A stretch of DNA of 63,882 bases, filler included, from Octopus bimaculoides (lineage: Eukaryota): assembly GCF_001194135.2 (NCBI RefSeq). It is 4 parts of 4 records of this genome, joined end to end, with 100 filler letters (N's around TTAATTAATTAA, not from the genome) between each part and the next. Parts side by side here need not be neighbours in the genome. Positions count along the whole stretch, not along the records: positions 1 to 28,244 come from NC_069005.1; 3 more parts are not named here. One strand, given 5' to 3'. Position 1 is the first letter of the stretch. Every line of letters starts with the position of its first letter. The translations under genes were made by a program, and so were the position numbers. Below the pieces are notes generated by a model. It made no database searches, was not told where the DNA came from, and saw only the letters and a program-made list of their open reading frames with translations. Positions 1 to 11,545 of this stretch are shown here, piece by piece.

Positions 1-124
1 CTACTGATTCTAAACTACAAATTTTTCTCTAAATGGATGGCGATATTTATGGCGATATTTATGGCACACACAGAACAAAACCCGCCATCCATTTAGAGAA
101 AAATTTGTAGTTTAGAATCAGTAG
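1..124. repeat. Perfect 42-bp inverted repeat (foldback, MITE-like), possibly truncated by the window start
   Basis: 1-42 CTACTGATTC...GGATGGCG is the exact reverse complement of 83-124; the 40-nt spacer holds a 12-mer duplication (GGCGATATTTAT x2). Confidence 0.9.
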
Positions 125-908
125 TTCTTTGACTGCTATTTCTAAATCTTCAGTATGTTGGAGAAGCAACTCAATGCTAATCCCTATATATTTATGATGA
201 TAAATGGTTTTACCGATAAAGGTTTTTTCATACTGAACTACTTGGCAAAATTGTTAATTATTAATTCTATTATTAATTGACGATTCCCTGCCCTTATTCT
301 TGTATATATATATATATATATGTATATATATTTATAAATATATATATATATGTACACACACACAGCATGTTCATTGACACATATACATACACATGTACCA
401 ATACAGACTGATGACTGATGTATTAATTAGAACTAATGAATCTATGACAATGAAACAGTACAATCCTCTGCCTGCAGATGGTGTATCTGTCCATCTGATG
501 GTATATCTGTGAGCAGAGAGAATATAGTATTTCACAAGCCCCTCTATGTAGTCACTGTACCTACCTACTAGAAAGAGAAGCAGCAACTGACCAATAATTT
601 CCCCCAAATTGTCCCCCACTGGCCCATCTTCCTCAACCTATCAGCAGTGTTTCAAACCAAGAAGTGGGCAGCAGATAAACCCTAAACATTAAAATAATGG
701 AATGGCTCATGGATGGAAAGTCTTCAATCACAGATTTGGTTCAATTGAGGTGGGTTCGGAGGTTAAACAACATTGTGCCCTTTTTGCCCAAGTACCCTAA
801 CCTTGTGCCCTTTTTGCCCATATACTCCAAGTATTATACCATCTCAAATATTTTGTGGTACACACTAGATTTTGTACTTAAAGAGGAAGAAAAATAATCA
901 GTAATATC

Positions 909-1120
909 TTTTATCTTTTTACTTGTTTCCATCATTAGACTGTGGCTATGCTGGGGCACCACCTTGAAGAATTTTCAACCACATGAATCAACTCCCATAT
1001 ATATATATTTTTTTTTAACATAGTACTTATTCTATCGGACTCTTTTGGCAAACTACTAAGTTAAGGGAACATAAACACACTAACACTGATTGTCAAGTGG
1101 TGGCGGGAGACAAACACCAA
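909..1120 (-). mobile_element. SINE family A, 3' half
   Basis: Reverse complement of the family A tail (GGTGCCCCAGCATAGCCACAGTC...GAAACAAGTAAAAG), degenerate. Confidence 0.75.
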
Positions 1121-1152
1121 AACAAAAATACACACACACATATATGTATATA

Positions 1153-1201
<49 letters not shown>

Positions 1202-1202
<1 letters not shown>

Positions 1203-1576
1203 GGAGTGGCTGTGTGGTAAGTAGCTTGCTTACCAACAACATGGTTCCGGGTTCAGTCCCACTGTGTGGCACCTTGGGCAAGTGTCTTCTACTATAGCCT
1301 CGGGCTGACCAAAGCCTTGTGTGGATTTGGTAGATGGAAACTGAAAGAAGCCTGTCGTATATATGTATATATATGTATGTATGTGTGTTTGTCCCCCCAC
1401 CATCGCTTGACAACCGATGCTGGTGTGTTTACGTCCCCGTAACTTAGCGGTTCGGCAAAAAGAGACCGATAGAATAAGTACTAGGCTTACAAAGAATAAG
1501 TCCTGGGGTCGATTTGCTCGACTGAAGGCGGTGCTCCAGCATGACCGCAGTCAAATGACTGAAACAAGTAAAAAAG
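1202..1576 (+). mobile_element. SINE family A, full length (tRNA-derived head, CORE-like segment, internal microsatellite, tail); resembles the octopus OR2-type SINE
   Basis: A-box-like TGGCTGTGTGG, B-box GGTTCAGTCC, then ACCTTGGGCAAGTGTCTT (similar to the start of the CORE domain), internal (TA/TG)n and tail ending GACTGAAACAAGTAAAA; many copies in the window. Confidence 0.9.
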
Positions 1577-1621
1577 TGTATATATATTTATATATATATA
1601 TTCATACACACACATACATGA

Positions 1622-1770
1622 AAGGCATTTTACAGTTTCTGTCTATTAAATCCTCTCATAAGTCTTTGGTTGGCTCAAGGCTATAGAAGACACTTGCCCA
1701 AAGTGCCATGCAATGGGACTGATCCTGGAAATACTTGATTGCGAAGCAAGCTTCTTACCATACAGCCACT
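1622..1770 (-). mobile_element. SINE family A head, degenerate
   Basis: CTATAGAAGACACTTGCCCAAAGTGCCA...CTTCTTACCATACAGCCAC is the reverse complement of the head. Confidence 0.8.
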
Positions 1771-2190
1771 GTATTCTTTTATTTTACTAATAATGTCTTC
1801 TTTCTTTTTTGTTTTACATTTGTGTATAATCCCAACTGACAATTCTCACATAACTGAATAACAAATATAATATTGTCATTCTAAGTGTGCTCACCTGTTG
1901 TAATGCTAAATACCCGACTGTTGTGAATGCCGTACAAGCCAGCTGTTTTAAATGTCACGCATCCAGCTTTTCTGGATGTCCCTCACATAAAAGTCAACAC
2001 AATACAACTCATAATCCTACATATGCTCTAAAGATTACTATTCAAATCTACCCACTTCCCCTAAATAATCAGCCGTGGTGGTGGCCGTGGCGGTGGTGGT
2101 GGTGGTGAGGAGTACAAGAGAGAAGTCTGGAATGAAATTCTTTAGCTGTCAAGTGAGGCAGATGCCTGTACTTACAGTTGCAGTGGTACT

Positions 2191-2236
<46 letters not shown>

Positions 2237-2254
2237 AATGTGTAAAAGGTGCAT

Positions 2255-2637
2255 TCCTTTAGACTGAGGCCATGCTGGGGCACTGCCTTCATGGGGATCA
2301 ACCCCAGTACATTTAAAAAAAAATCTTTTAAGCCAGGTTTTTGTCCTATCACTCTCTTTTGCCAAACTGCTAAGTTACAAGGATGTCAACACACCAACAC
2401 CAGTTGTTAAGCAGTGAAGGAGGACAAACACAGACACACATTATATATCGAAACGTCTAGTTAGAATAGAGGCAGCTGACGAAGGATTAATTCCAAGTGG
2501 CTTTCCGTTTTCCTATGTGTTCGTTCCGTTGTCTGTAGTTCATTGTTCTAACGTCCTGTACCCTGATATGCATATATATACACATGTAGATGTAAGTATG
2601 TACATATATGTGTGTATACATGTATATATATTCTTTG

Positions 2638-2668
<31 letters not shown>

Positions 2669-2775
2669 GGCTTCTTTTAGTTTCCATCTACCAAATCCAC
2701 TCACAAAGCTTTGGTTAGCCAAGGCTGTGGTAGAAAGAAGACACTTGACCAAAGTGCCATGCTGTGGGACTGAGT
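2255..2775 (-). mobile_element. SINE family A with an unrelated ~160-bp insert in its internal microsatellite
   Basis: Tail at ~2255-2440 and head at ~2668-2775, separated by non-SINE sequence (~2447-2600) and (TA)n. Confidence 0.75.
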
Positions 2776-3151
2776 ACTGTATCTTATAAGGCCAACAAGA
2801 GCCAAGTTAATTAGAGAGAATGAAAATTATGATTCGGGTGGTATCTGTCCTTGCACAATGGTAGTGATGATTTAATCCATATCATGGCTATTATCTCTCT
2901 TTCAACAGTGGAGGAGAGGGTTCAATCCTTACTAACACCCAATACCAGCAGTGCAGATTCAGTCATGAGAATAGGGTAAACGTGTACAATGTAAAGTAGA
3001 GGGTCAAAAAGAAGCTAACCATCACCACAAGTGGTGGTCCTTCAAATGTTCTCTGAAAGGAAATTATACACTAATATGGTTATTAATTTATCCCCAGACA
3101 AACCATATTTCCATAGAATTATTTCAGGCTTTGTGCCTATAGGAAAAAGGA

Positions 3152-3722
3152 TTATTATTATTATTATTATTATTCAGTAGTTTCATTTTTATAACGTGCT
3201 TTCACTTCACTACCGAGCACAGTTCTGTGTGCCTTGGGTATGTGCTGTGGTTTGCTGTGATGCTCTTATGGTTACTGCATTGAAAGTGTTTTGCGTAGGA
3301 TGTGTGCAGTGCCCATTAGTGCAATTTTCTGTATGTTATATATATTTGTAAGTCCTGGTGTTTTTGTTATGTATTTGTCTGAATATTTTTTTATCATACC
3401 TAATGCGCCTACTATAATAGGAATTGTTTCTGTTTTTAGATTCCACATTCGAGTTATCTCTATTTCCAGGTCTTTGTATTTTGAAAGTTTCTCCATTTCT
3501 TTTAGAGAAACGTTGTCATCTGCTGGTATTGATACATAAATTAGAAAGCATTTTTTCTCTTCATGATCTCTGACAACTATATCTGGCCTATTGGCCTTAA
3601 TTTCTCTATCTGTGTGTATTGGCATATCTCAGAATATGGTTGCTTTCTCGTTTTCTGTGACCTTTCCTGGCATGTGCCTATACCATCTTTTTTCTGTTGT
3701 TATTCCATAGTGTTGGCATATT
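3152..3722 (-). mobile_element. 5'-truncated R4/Dong-type non-LTR retrotransposon (restriction-like endonuclease C-terminus, 3'UTR, (AAT)n tail)
   Basis: Translation CQHYGITTEKRWYRH..F*DMPIHTDREIKANRPDIVV..EKLSKYKDL..IPIIVGALG..KIALMGTAHILRKTLS carries the RPD-x-endonuclease motif; the 3'UTR is nearly identical to the copy at 28567-28668. Confidence 0.88.
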
Positions 3723-3742
3723 ACTACTAATACTTCTACTAA

Positions 3743-4172
3743 GAGGGTGGCTGGCAGAATTGTTAGCACACCGGGCAAAACGATCTGAATTCAAATTCCG
3801 TCAAGATCAACTTTGCCTTCTATCCATTCAGGGTCGATGAAATAAGTACCATTTGAGCATTGGGGTCAATGTAATTGATTAGTCTCCTCTCCTGAAATTT
3901 CAGACCTTGTATCACTAGTAGAAAGGATTATTATTATTATTATTACGAAGGTAGTGAGTTGGCAAAATCCTTAGTGGCATTTTATCCGTCATTGTGTTCC
4001 GCGTTCAAATTTCGCCAAGGTTGACTTTGCCTTTCATCCTTTTGGGATCGATTAAATAAGTACAGAGCAAATATTGGGGTCAACATAACTGGCTTACCCC
4101 GTCCCACCGACCATTGCTGACCTTGCACCAAAATTTGAAAACATTATCATCATTATTATTATTATTATCATT
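3743..4172 (+). mobile_element. Two tandem SINE family B copies with (ATT)n tails
   Basis: Heads at ~3743 and ~3948 (CTGGCAGAATTGTTAGCA), central CTTTGCCTTTCATCC..GATAAAATAAGTACC domain, and ATT tails. Confidence 0.85.
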
Positions 4173-4257
4173 GAACTTTGGAATTCTTTGGAGTTGCTTC
4201 TACTGAAGTCCTGCAGGTAATGAATGCTCTTTCATTCCACATGTTTGCCTTATACAG

Positions 4258-4314
4258 CAGTTGAGGTTCAGAGAGCAACAGCAGTCTCAAGGTGAACAAC
4301 AACAAAAAATCAAG
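4258..4314 (+). CDS. Possible short internal coding exon (QLRFREQQQSQGEQQQKIK)
   Basis: Pyrimidine-rich acceptor ...GCCTTATACAG with a NAGNAG alternative, 57 nt open in frame, donor AAG|GTACAT; non-repetitive sequence. No homology support. Confidence 0.3.
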
Positions 4315-4534
4315 GTACATGTTGCTGTAGGATAGTCTGACACAAGGCTAAAGCAAAAATATTACAATTAAAAACATTGATCAAAAATGTTGACCAGCAT
4401 AGAGATAACAGCTGTGGTAATGGTCATGGAGGTATTGGTCCAAAAGTCTTGTTTACTAATGACAACTGGATTCTGAAGTATGTAAAGAGAATCAAAAGTA
4501 AATGTCGGACCATAAACTTTAAGGATTATGTATT

Positions 4535-5040
<506 letters not shown>

Positions 5041-5194
5041 TAGAATATTGCTGATGAAGTCAGAGTATCATTGAAACATGTCCTGAGTTATTTCCCTTAT
5101 ATTCCAGAGAACTATAAATAGCATGCTTTATTAACAGACACTGGTTTGCCCTTGCAACAATGTTTAATGTTCCATGTGTTAAATATGTTAACAG

Positions 5195-5595
5195 ATGCAG
5201 GCATAGCTGTATCGTTAAGAATTTTGCTTTGCAATCACATGGTTTCAGGTTCAGTTCCACTGCACAGCACCTGTGTCTAAGTGTCTTCTACTAAAGCCCC
5301 AGCCTGACAAATGCCATACAAGTGAATTTGATATAAACTGTATAGAACCCCATTGTTTATATGTGTGTATGTGTGTCTTTGTATTTGCCTCACCCCATCA
5401 CTTAACCATTGTTGGTTCGTTTACATTCCTGTAACTTAGCAGTTTGGCAAAAGAGGCTGGTAGAGTAAGCGTCAGGCTTTGAAAATAAGTGCCATGCAAG
5501 TGGGGTGGGGTTAGGGCGGTTTATTCAACTAAACCCTCAAGTGGAGCTCCAGCATGGCCACAGTCTAATGACTGAAACGAATAATAGATAAAAGA
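5195..5595 (+). mobile_element. SINE family A, old copy
   Basis: Degenerate head (GGTTCAGTTCCACTG..GTGTCTTCTACTA) and tail (GCTCCAGCATGGCCACAGTCTAATGACTGAAAC). Confidence 0.8.
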
Positions 5596-6059
5596 AGTAA
5601 CTTTATCCATTTATCCGTCTGCTCACCTATGTGTCTATCTATCTATCTAACTATCTATTTATCTATTTGATTAACAGCCCAGTCAAGATGGTATTTTCTT
5701 CATCTCCTACTCTTGTATTTGCACACATCTACAAAATGACTTTTTGAAATGAACTTCCATTAAGTAGCTGAGGAGTACATTTTCATTGCGCATCTTATGT
5801 GGTGTTCTCACTACATAAATAAATGAAGTTTGTATGAAACGTACGTACTGCTATAATCTAATGCATTTGTGTTGCTTTTCTTCAAATTTTATACACCAAA
5901 TCTCTTGATTTTGTTTTTGGTTTTTACCCTACCAAATTCTGGTGCCTTAAACATTTTAAGTACCACATTTAATCCTTTGATTAAATCTATATTATCTACC
6001 TATCTATCTATCCACCATCAGCATCTTCAAACAAGTCAAAAGAGCACATTTCACCTGTA

Positions 6060-6235
6060 AATTTCATTTGGCATAAGTTCCTACAGCAGGATGCCGTTCC
6101 TAACACCAACAACCTTGTAGAGTGTCTTAGGTGCATTCTATCTCCCCTTCCACTGCATGACATCAAAGAGGTTTCCCTATCATCGGCAACACTAAAATGT
6201 CCTTTCCAGCTCTGCATTGAATCCACTCATTCAAA
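6060..6235 (-). mobile_element. Degenerate RTE LINE 3'UTR
   Basis: TTCCTACAGCAGGATGCCGTTCCTAACACCAAC matches the RTE-tail motif seen at ~11061-11092. Confidence 0.6.
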
Positions 6236-6836
6236 ATACATCCAGTGACAGAGAGAGTGAATAAAAGAGCATGATGACGAACGAGAAGAGCATGATGGTG
6301 AACTGTGTAGCTAACTTCACCATAAGACTAGATACCTACCTACCTACCTGTTCACCCAACACGAGTTTATCACTCAAAACTAACTGAATCTGCCTCATCT
6401 GCCTCGTTATCCCTGTTGTTCTCTATCTAGTCCACACAGAGTAAAAATAGTCGAGAAGAGGAAAAGTTATGGAAAAATAAGTAACAAATAGTAAAAAAAA
6501 CCACAAACCTGCCCACATTGCCAGCTTGGAAAAAGGTAAAAATAGAAACAAATTTCAGTAACATATTGGCATAACTATGAGAGAAATATTTCATAAAAAG
6601 TTATACATACATACACACACATGGATGCACACAAATATATACACATGCATAAACATACACACGCACATATATACGTATGAGGATATGTAAACACATGTAT
6701 ATATTTATGTATCTATCTTTTTATCTATCTAACTACACACACATAAATATACATACATATATATATATATATATATATGAACATAAACATGAATATAAGT
6801 AACTAAATGTGTATGTGTGTGTGTATATACATACAT

Positions 6837-6871
<35 letters not shown>

Positions 6872-6924
6872 NNNNNNNNNNNNNNNNNNNNNNNNNNNNN
6901 NNNNNNNNNNNNNNNNNNNNNNNN

Positions 6925-6958
<34 letters not shown>

Positions 6959-7299
6959 CATAAACATGGATATAAGTAACTAGATAAATGTGTACGCGTG
7001 TGTGTATGTGTGTATACACACACACACATGTAAACATGAATAGATGTAAATACAGAAATGTGTGTATATGTAAGCATGTGTGCATGTATACACACATACA
7101 CACACACAGTGGTGAGTTAAAACAATCTTTTCGCTCTATATTGAAAAGACCTACCAAGTTACTATTCATGCTACAAGCATACATCATTCATTTCACCATT
7201 CCAGTCATTGATCTGTGGCCAGAATGGAGCAACACTTTGAAGAGTTTAGTTGAACAAATTGACCACAGTACTTATTCTCTAGTTCTTTCTTGCTGAAAT

Positions 7300-7382
<83 letters not shown>

Positions 7383-7401
7383 NNNNNNNNNNACACACAT
7401 A

Positions 7402-7626
7402 CAGAGTGGGCCAAAAGTCATGCACAAAAGTTCAATAGGCTCTGGAATTGTCAAAGACATGCTTCAATTTTTCCAAAATTGAATAAAATTAATGAAATAA
7501 TGATGAAAACATACATACTTGTACATGAAGAAGAAAATTAATAATAATAATAATGATAATTAATAATAATAATAATACCATAATATAAATAAGATGTCAA
7601 CTGTTTTTGTGCATGACTTTTGGGCC

Positions 7627-7632
<6 letters not shown>
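7402..7632. mobile_element. Tc1/mariner-type MITE
   Basis: ~28-bp TIRs CAGAGTGGGCCAAAAGTCATGCACAAAA / TTTTGTGCATGACTTTTGGGCCACCCTA flanked by TA; non-coding AT-rich interior. Confidence 0.85.
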
Positions 7633-7668
<36 letters not shown>

Positions 7669-8385
7669 TCTATTTATGTTCTGTTTCTCATTTGGCCATA
7701 TATATATATGGATGTAACCATGATAGTCTGTGTATCTGAAGAGCAAGCCTTCTATACCTGTACTAGCTTTTAAAATACAATAGTACTATGTAATTTATAA
7801 CGTACTCTAATCCAGATGTGTAAAATAATTTATTAAATGCTAAAATTACTTTTCCATGATGTTCGTTATTGAACAATTGTAATATTATGGATATCAACTG
7901 ATGAAATAAATATATTCATCCCATACTTCCTGGCTTTCTTTACATTCTATATATGATGATATATATAGGTTTGACAATTTCTTACCGAACAACCACACAG
8001 ATGATTTGTTTACAGTTATCAAATGTTTGTGTACACATAAGCTCACTCCCCCCATCAAATCAACATTACCTGTACAGGTGCAATGGGTGCCACCTGTCAT
8101 ATATACACACAATGGTTTTTAATTTAGGCATAACGGTGAAGGGTTAGTTGATTCAGTTGACCCTTATCCCCCTATTCAACCCCATCCACTCTCCATAATC
8201 CTGTTAACTACTTTGTCTCAAAGTGAAAATTAATCATTCATTTCCTGGGTCAGAATTTTTCATTTTAATATTTAGTCCAGAATACTGGAATTGGTTAGGT
8301 TTATTTTGATGTAATAAATGAGAGGAAATGTACAGAAATGTTTATATGTGTGTGTACATGCATGCAATTGTGTTTCTACATACAT

Positions 8386-8454
<69 letters not shown>

Positions 8455-8455
<1 letters not shown>

Positions 8456-8755
8456 GCAGTGGATTATGGGAAAAGTAGAATGTATATCTGAGAAGACATG
8501 TGCTTATGGCCTCCTGTCTTGTAAATATACGTTAATTCCTTGACGGCTGGTTACTGAAGACGATTTGCCTAGTAAGTTACTTTATTTACTAAAAAATCAG
8601 AAACCTATAGGTCTAACCGTTAGAAATAAGGTAAAAGTTTTTATTTTCTCTCCCCTTTGAAATGTTTTACTTTGTGGTTTTCGGTCGTTTTTTGACTGCC
8701 TTCTAGCATGTAGAAGTTACCTGTTATAGGTAATTTCTCTTATACTTTATATTGA
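8455..8755 (+). mobile_element. ~300-bp hammerhead-bearing element (PLE terminal repeat or retrozyme-like) inserted in (TA)n
   Basis: Unique non-coding block bounded by (TA)n on both sides; contains the hammerhead and an 11-bp hairpin at 8712-8738. Confidence 0.55.
8549..8618 (+). ncRNA. Type I hammerhead ribozyme fold
   Basis: GGTTA-CTGAAGA-(stem II GATTT/AAATC plus TAGTAA/TTACTA)-GAAA-CCTATAGG-TC-TAACC: all core nucleotides present, GUC cleavage triplet at 8611-8613, stem I GGTTA/TAACC; C8561.A8599 mismatch at the base of stem II. Confidence 0.75.
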
Positions 8756-8793
8756 ATATATATATATATATATATATACATATATACCTCTAT

Positions 8794-8967
8794 GCCAGGT
8801 AAAATGCTTAGCAGTATTTCACCTGTCTTTACATTCTGAGTCCAAATTCCTCCAAAGTTACCTTTCAGGGTCAATAAAATAAGTACCAGTTGAACACTGG
8901 GGTTGATGTAATTAACTTATTCTCTCACCTGAAATCACTAGCCTTGTGCCAGAACTTGAAATCAATA
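8794..8967 (+). mobile_element. SINE family B, 5'-truncated and internally deleted
   Basis: AAATGCTTAGCAGTATTTC..GAGTCCAAATTCC..GGGTCAATAAAATAAGTACCAG..CTTGTGCCAGAACTTGAAA. Confidence 0.8.
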
Positions 8968-9781
8968 TACATATCCAACCCCCATGTCACCTGCAATTTT
9001 GCACTTGTGTCACCACTCTCTTTCTTCTATTTTCCTTGTCGTTATCATTGTAACCATTTTAATGTATTCTTTCCAACTACCTCTCTGTTACTTTCTCATC
9101 CCCACCATATTTTTAATCCTAACACTTTAACTGGACTTCTTTTCAAGGCAATTCTCATCCTCCTCTCTTCCTCACATTTTAATGCCACCTCCTTGATTTA
9201 CCATTTCCTCACATCATCCAACAAGCTGGGCCATCCCTCTCTCCACCAAAAGCATCCACCAGTTTTTCGTCCTCTTTTTCTCACTCACAGATGAAAAGCC
9301 ATACGCCCAGCAAATAAACTTTATAATATTCTCAACATTAATTATATGTTACTCAAAATTAAGCAATGTTCTTTTTGCTAACTTCAGAATTTTTTATGTA
9401 GAAATTGTCATTAAAATTTAGGTTGCTTAGAAAACCAATTTTGCTATCACAATTTCTGGCATCACCAATTCAACATTGACTTATTTGACACCAAACGTTT
9501 TCATGTTTCTCTCATTCTGTCTGTCTGTCTCTCTCTTTATTTATTTGTCTATCTATGTGTATATGTTCTTGTACACATGTGCATACGTGTGTTTGCTACC
9601 AATACCAAAACGCAAGTTGAATATCCAGTCAGCTATACCAAATAATCAGTGCCAAACAGTTACACCCAAACATCACATTCCAAAAGAAGAAAGGCAAAAT
9701 AAAAAGTTGAGTGAGGACAGAATGAAAGGGGATGCTTACTTCAGATCAACACCACTAAAACTTAAGCACCATATTACATAC

Positions 9782-9836
<55 letters not shown>

Positions 9837-10020
9837 NNNNNNNNNNNNNNNNNNNNNNNNNNNNNNNNNNNNNNNNNNNNNNNNNNNNNNNNNNNNNNNN
9901 NNNNNNNNNNNNNNNNNNNNNNNNNNNNNNNNNNNNNNNNNNNNNNNNNNNNNNNNNNNNNNNNNNNNNNNNNNNNNNNNNNNNNNNNNNNNNNNNNNNN
10001 NNNNNNNNNNNNNNNNNNNN

Positions 10021-10150
10021 TTGGCATCTGATGCGTTTTTTTTTTAAACCAGACAATGTTTTGAAAAGACGCCCACATAGACTGCATATCCGATTTGTTC
10101 AGATCTTTGTGGATCTTCAAATGTCTTTTGAGGCCTCCGTTAGATTTGCA

Positions 10151-10152
<2 letters not shown>
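10021..10152 (-). pseudogene. Frameshifted pair of C2H2-like zinc fingers, probably a LINE (RTE-type) ORF2 C-terminus
   Basis: CKSNGGLKRHLKIHKD in one frame and ICSLCGRLFKTLSGLK in the adjacent frame; no TGEKP linker; bounded by (TA)n and a gap. Confidence 0.55.
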
Positions 10153-10188
<36 letters not shown>

Positions 10189-10208
10189 TGTAAATAATAA
10201 TGGTATTC

Positions 10209-10708
10209 TATAAGCTTAAATCTTATAAGTGATCACCATGTATTGGCTAAAGAAAATAGTCTAATATTGGAACATATAAGCCCTTGGTGGAAAAAAGTGG
10301 GTTTTTGTACACATGGGAATCAAACCCACACCTCTTATATTTGTGATAAATGTGCTAACCGCTTATACCAACATCTTATACCACTCACTTCTTTCCATTA
10401 AATTTAAGAGCTATATTTTCATAGTGTTGTTTTTAAACGTATGTGCATTTTCTGCGTTAAATGGAGAAGTGGTGTTAAGTGAGAATTCTGTAGATAATAA
10501 TAATAATTATATACTTAAACCCATTTTTTTTCTGTCGAGGGCTTACATGCCCCAATATTAGACTATTTTCTTTAGCCAATACACAGAGATTGCATATAGG
10601 CTTTAAGCTTATAATTATTATTATTTTTTACTGAAGTGTCACTCGTTACCGCTTCTCTATTTAACACAGAAAATGCATGTTTGTTTGTTTAAAAATCAAC
10701 ACTATGAA
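10209..10708. repeat. Two interleaved inverted-repeat pairs with an embedded tRNA-like fragment
   Basis: 10209-10304 is inverted at 10517-10613 (32-bp perfect core 10239-10270/10552-10583); 10418-10483 is inverted at 10639-10708; A/B-box tRNA-like stretch on the minus strand at 10313-10371. Confidence 0.85.
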
Positions 10709-10940
10709 TATATATATATATATATATTGAATGATAGAGACTTACATACAAGACTTCAAGTTTCTATACCAGCTAAAGAAGTACAGTGATCATTGTATTG
10801 TTGACAATGAAACTTGAAATCTCGTAAGCAAGTCTCAGTAATTGTATTATTCAAGAAGTTTAGTCCTCTATTTCCAATGATATAGAGATATACCTCTTTT
10901 GTTATCACACGCAGTTTGTCTACATACATACATTATATAT

Positions 10941-11228
10941 CATCATCATCATCATCATCGTTTAACGTCCGCTTTCCATGCTAGCATGGGTTGGACGATT
11001 TGACTGAGGACTGGTGAAACCGGATGGCAACACCAGGCTCCAATCTAAATTTGGCAGAGTTTCTACAGCTGGATGCCCTTCCTAACGCCAACCACTCAGA
11101 GAGTGTAGTAGGTGCTTTTATGTGTCACCTGCACGAAGGCCAGTCAGGAGATACTGGCAACGGCCACACTCGAAATGGTGTCTTTTATGTGCCACCCGCA
11201 CAAGCCAGTCCAGGGGCACTGGCAACGA

Positions 11229-11230
<2 letters not shown>
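10941..11230 (-). mobile_element. RTE LINE 3'UTR, 5'-truncated, (GAT)n tail
   Basis: Close reverse complement of 15119-15392; ends GGAAAGCGGACGTTAAACGATGATG. Confidence 0.88.
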
Positions 11231-11267
<37 letters not shown>

Positions 11268-11507
11268 NNNNNNNNNNNNNNNNNNNNNNNNNNNNNNNNN
11301 NNNNNNNNTATATATATACATATATATATATGTGTATGTATGTATATAATGAAAACTAATCCAGGCTTCAATAAACATATTTATATTTTCAAATTAGCTT
11401 TGAGAGTCAACCCAAATGATGATCTAAATGAATGAAATGAGTGAATTCAGCCACATGCCAGTTAAAAACTATAAGCACTTATACAAACACATCAATTATA
11501 CTTACAT

Positions 11508-11545
<38 letters not shown>

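Noticed and set aside
125-156. Minus-strand CTGAAGA-TTTA-GAAA..GTC
   Set aside because: Stem II is too short and there is no stem I; the GAAATAGCAG word belongs to a common dispersed repeat.
371-619. 82-aa hydrophobic ORF
   Set aside because: No recognisable domain; it starts at GTG and runs into a microsatellite.
1202-1275. tRNA-like heads of SINEs as tRNA genes
   Set aside because: They lack complete cloverleaf acceptor stems and continue into SINE bodies; no true tRNA or rRNA gene was identified.
2447-2500. Hammerhead words GAAACGTC and CTGACGA
   Set aside because: They are in permuted order, and I cannot form stem I as a hairpin or close stem II for a type II fold; kept only as a PLE-like relic.
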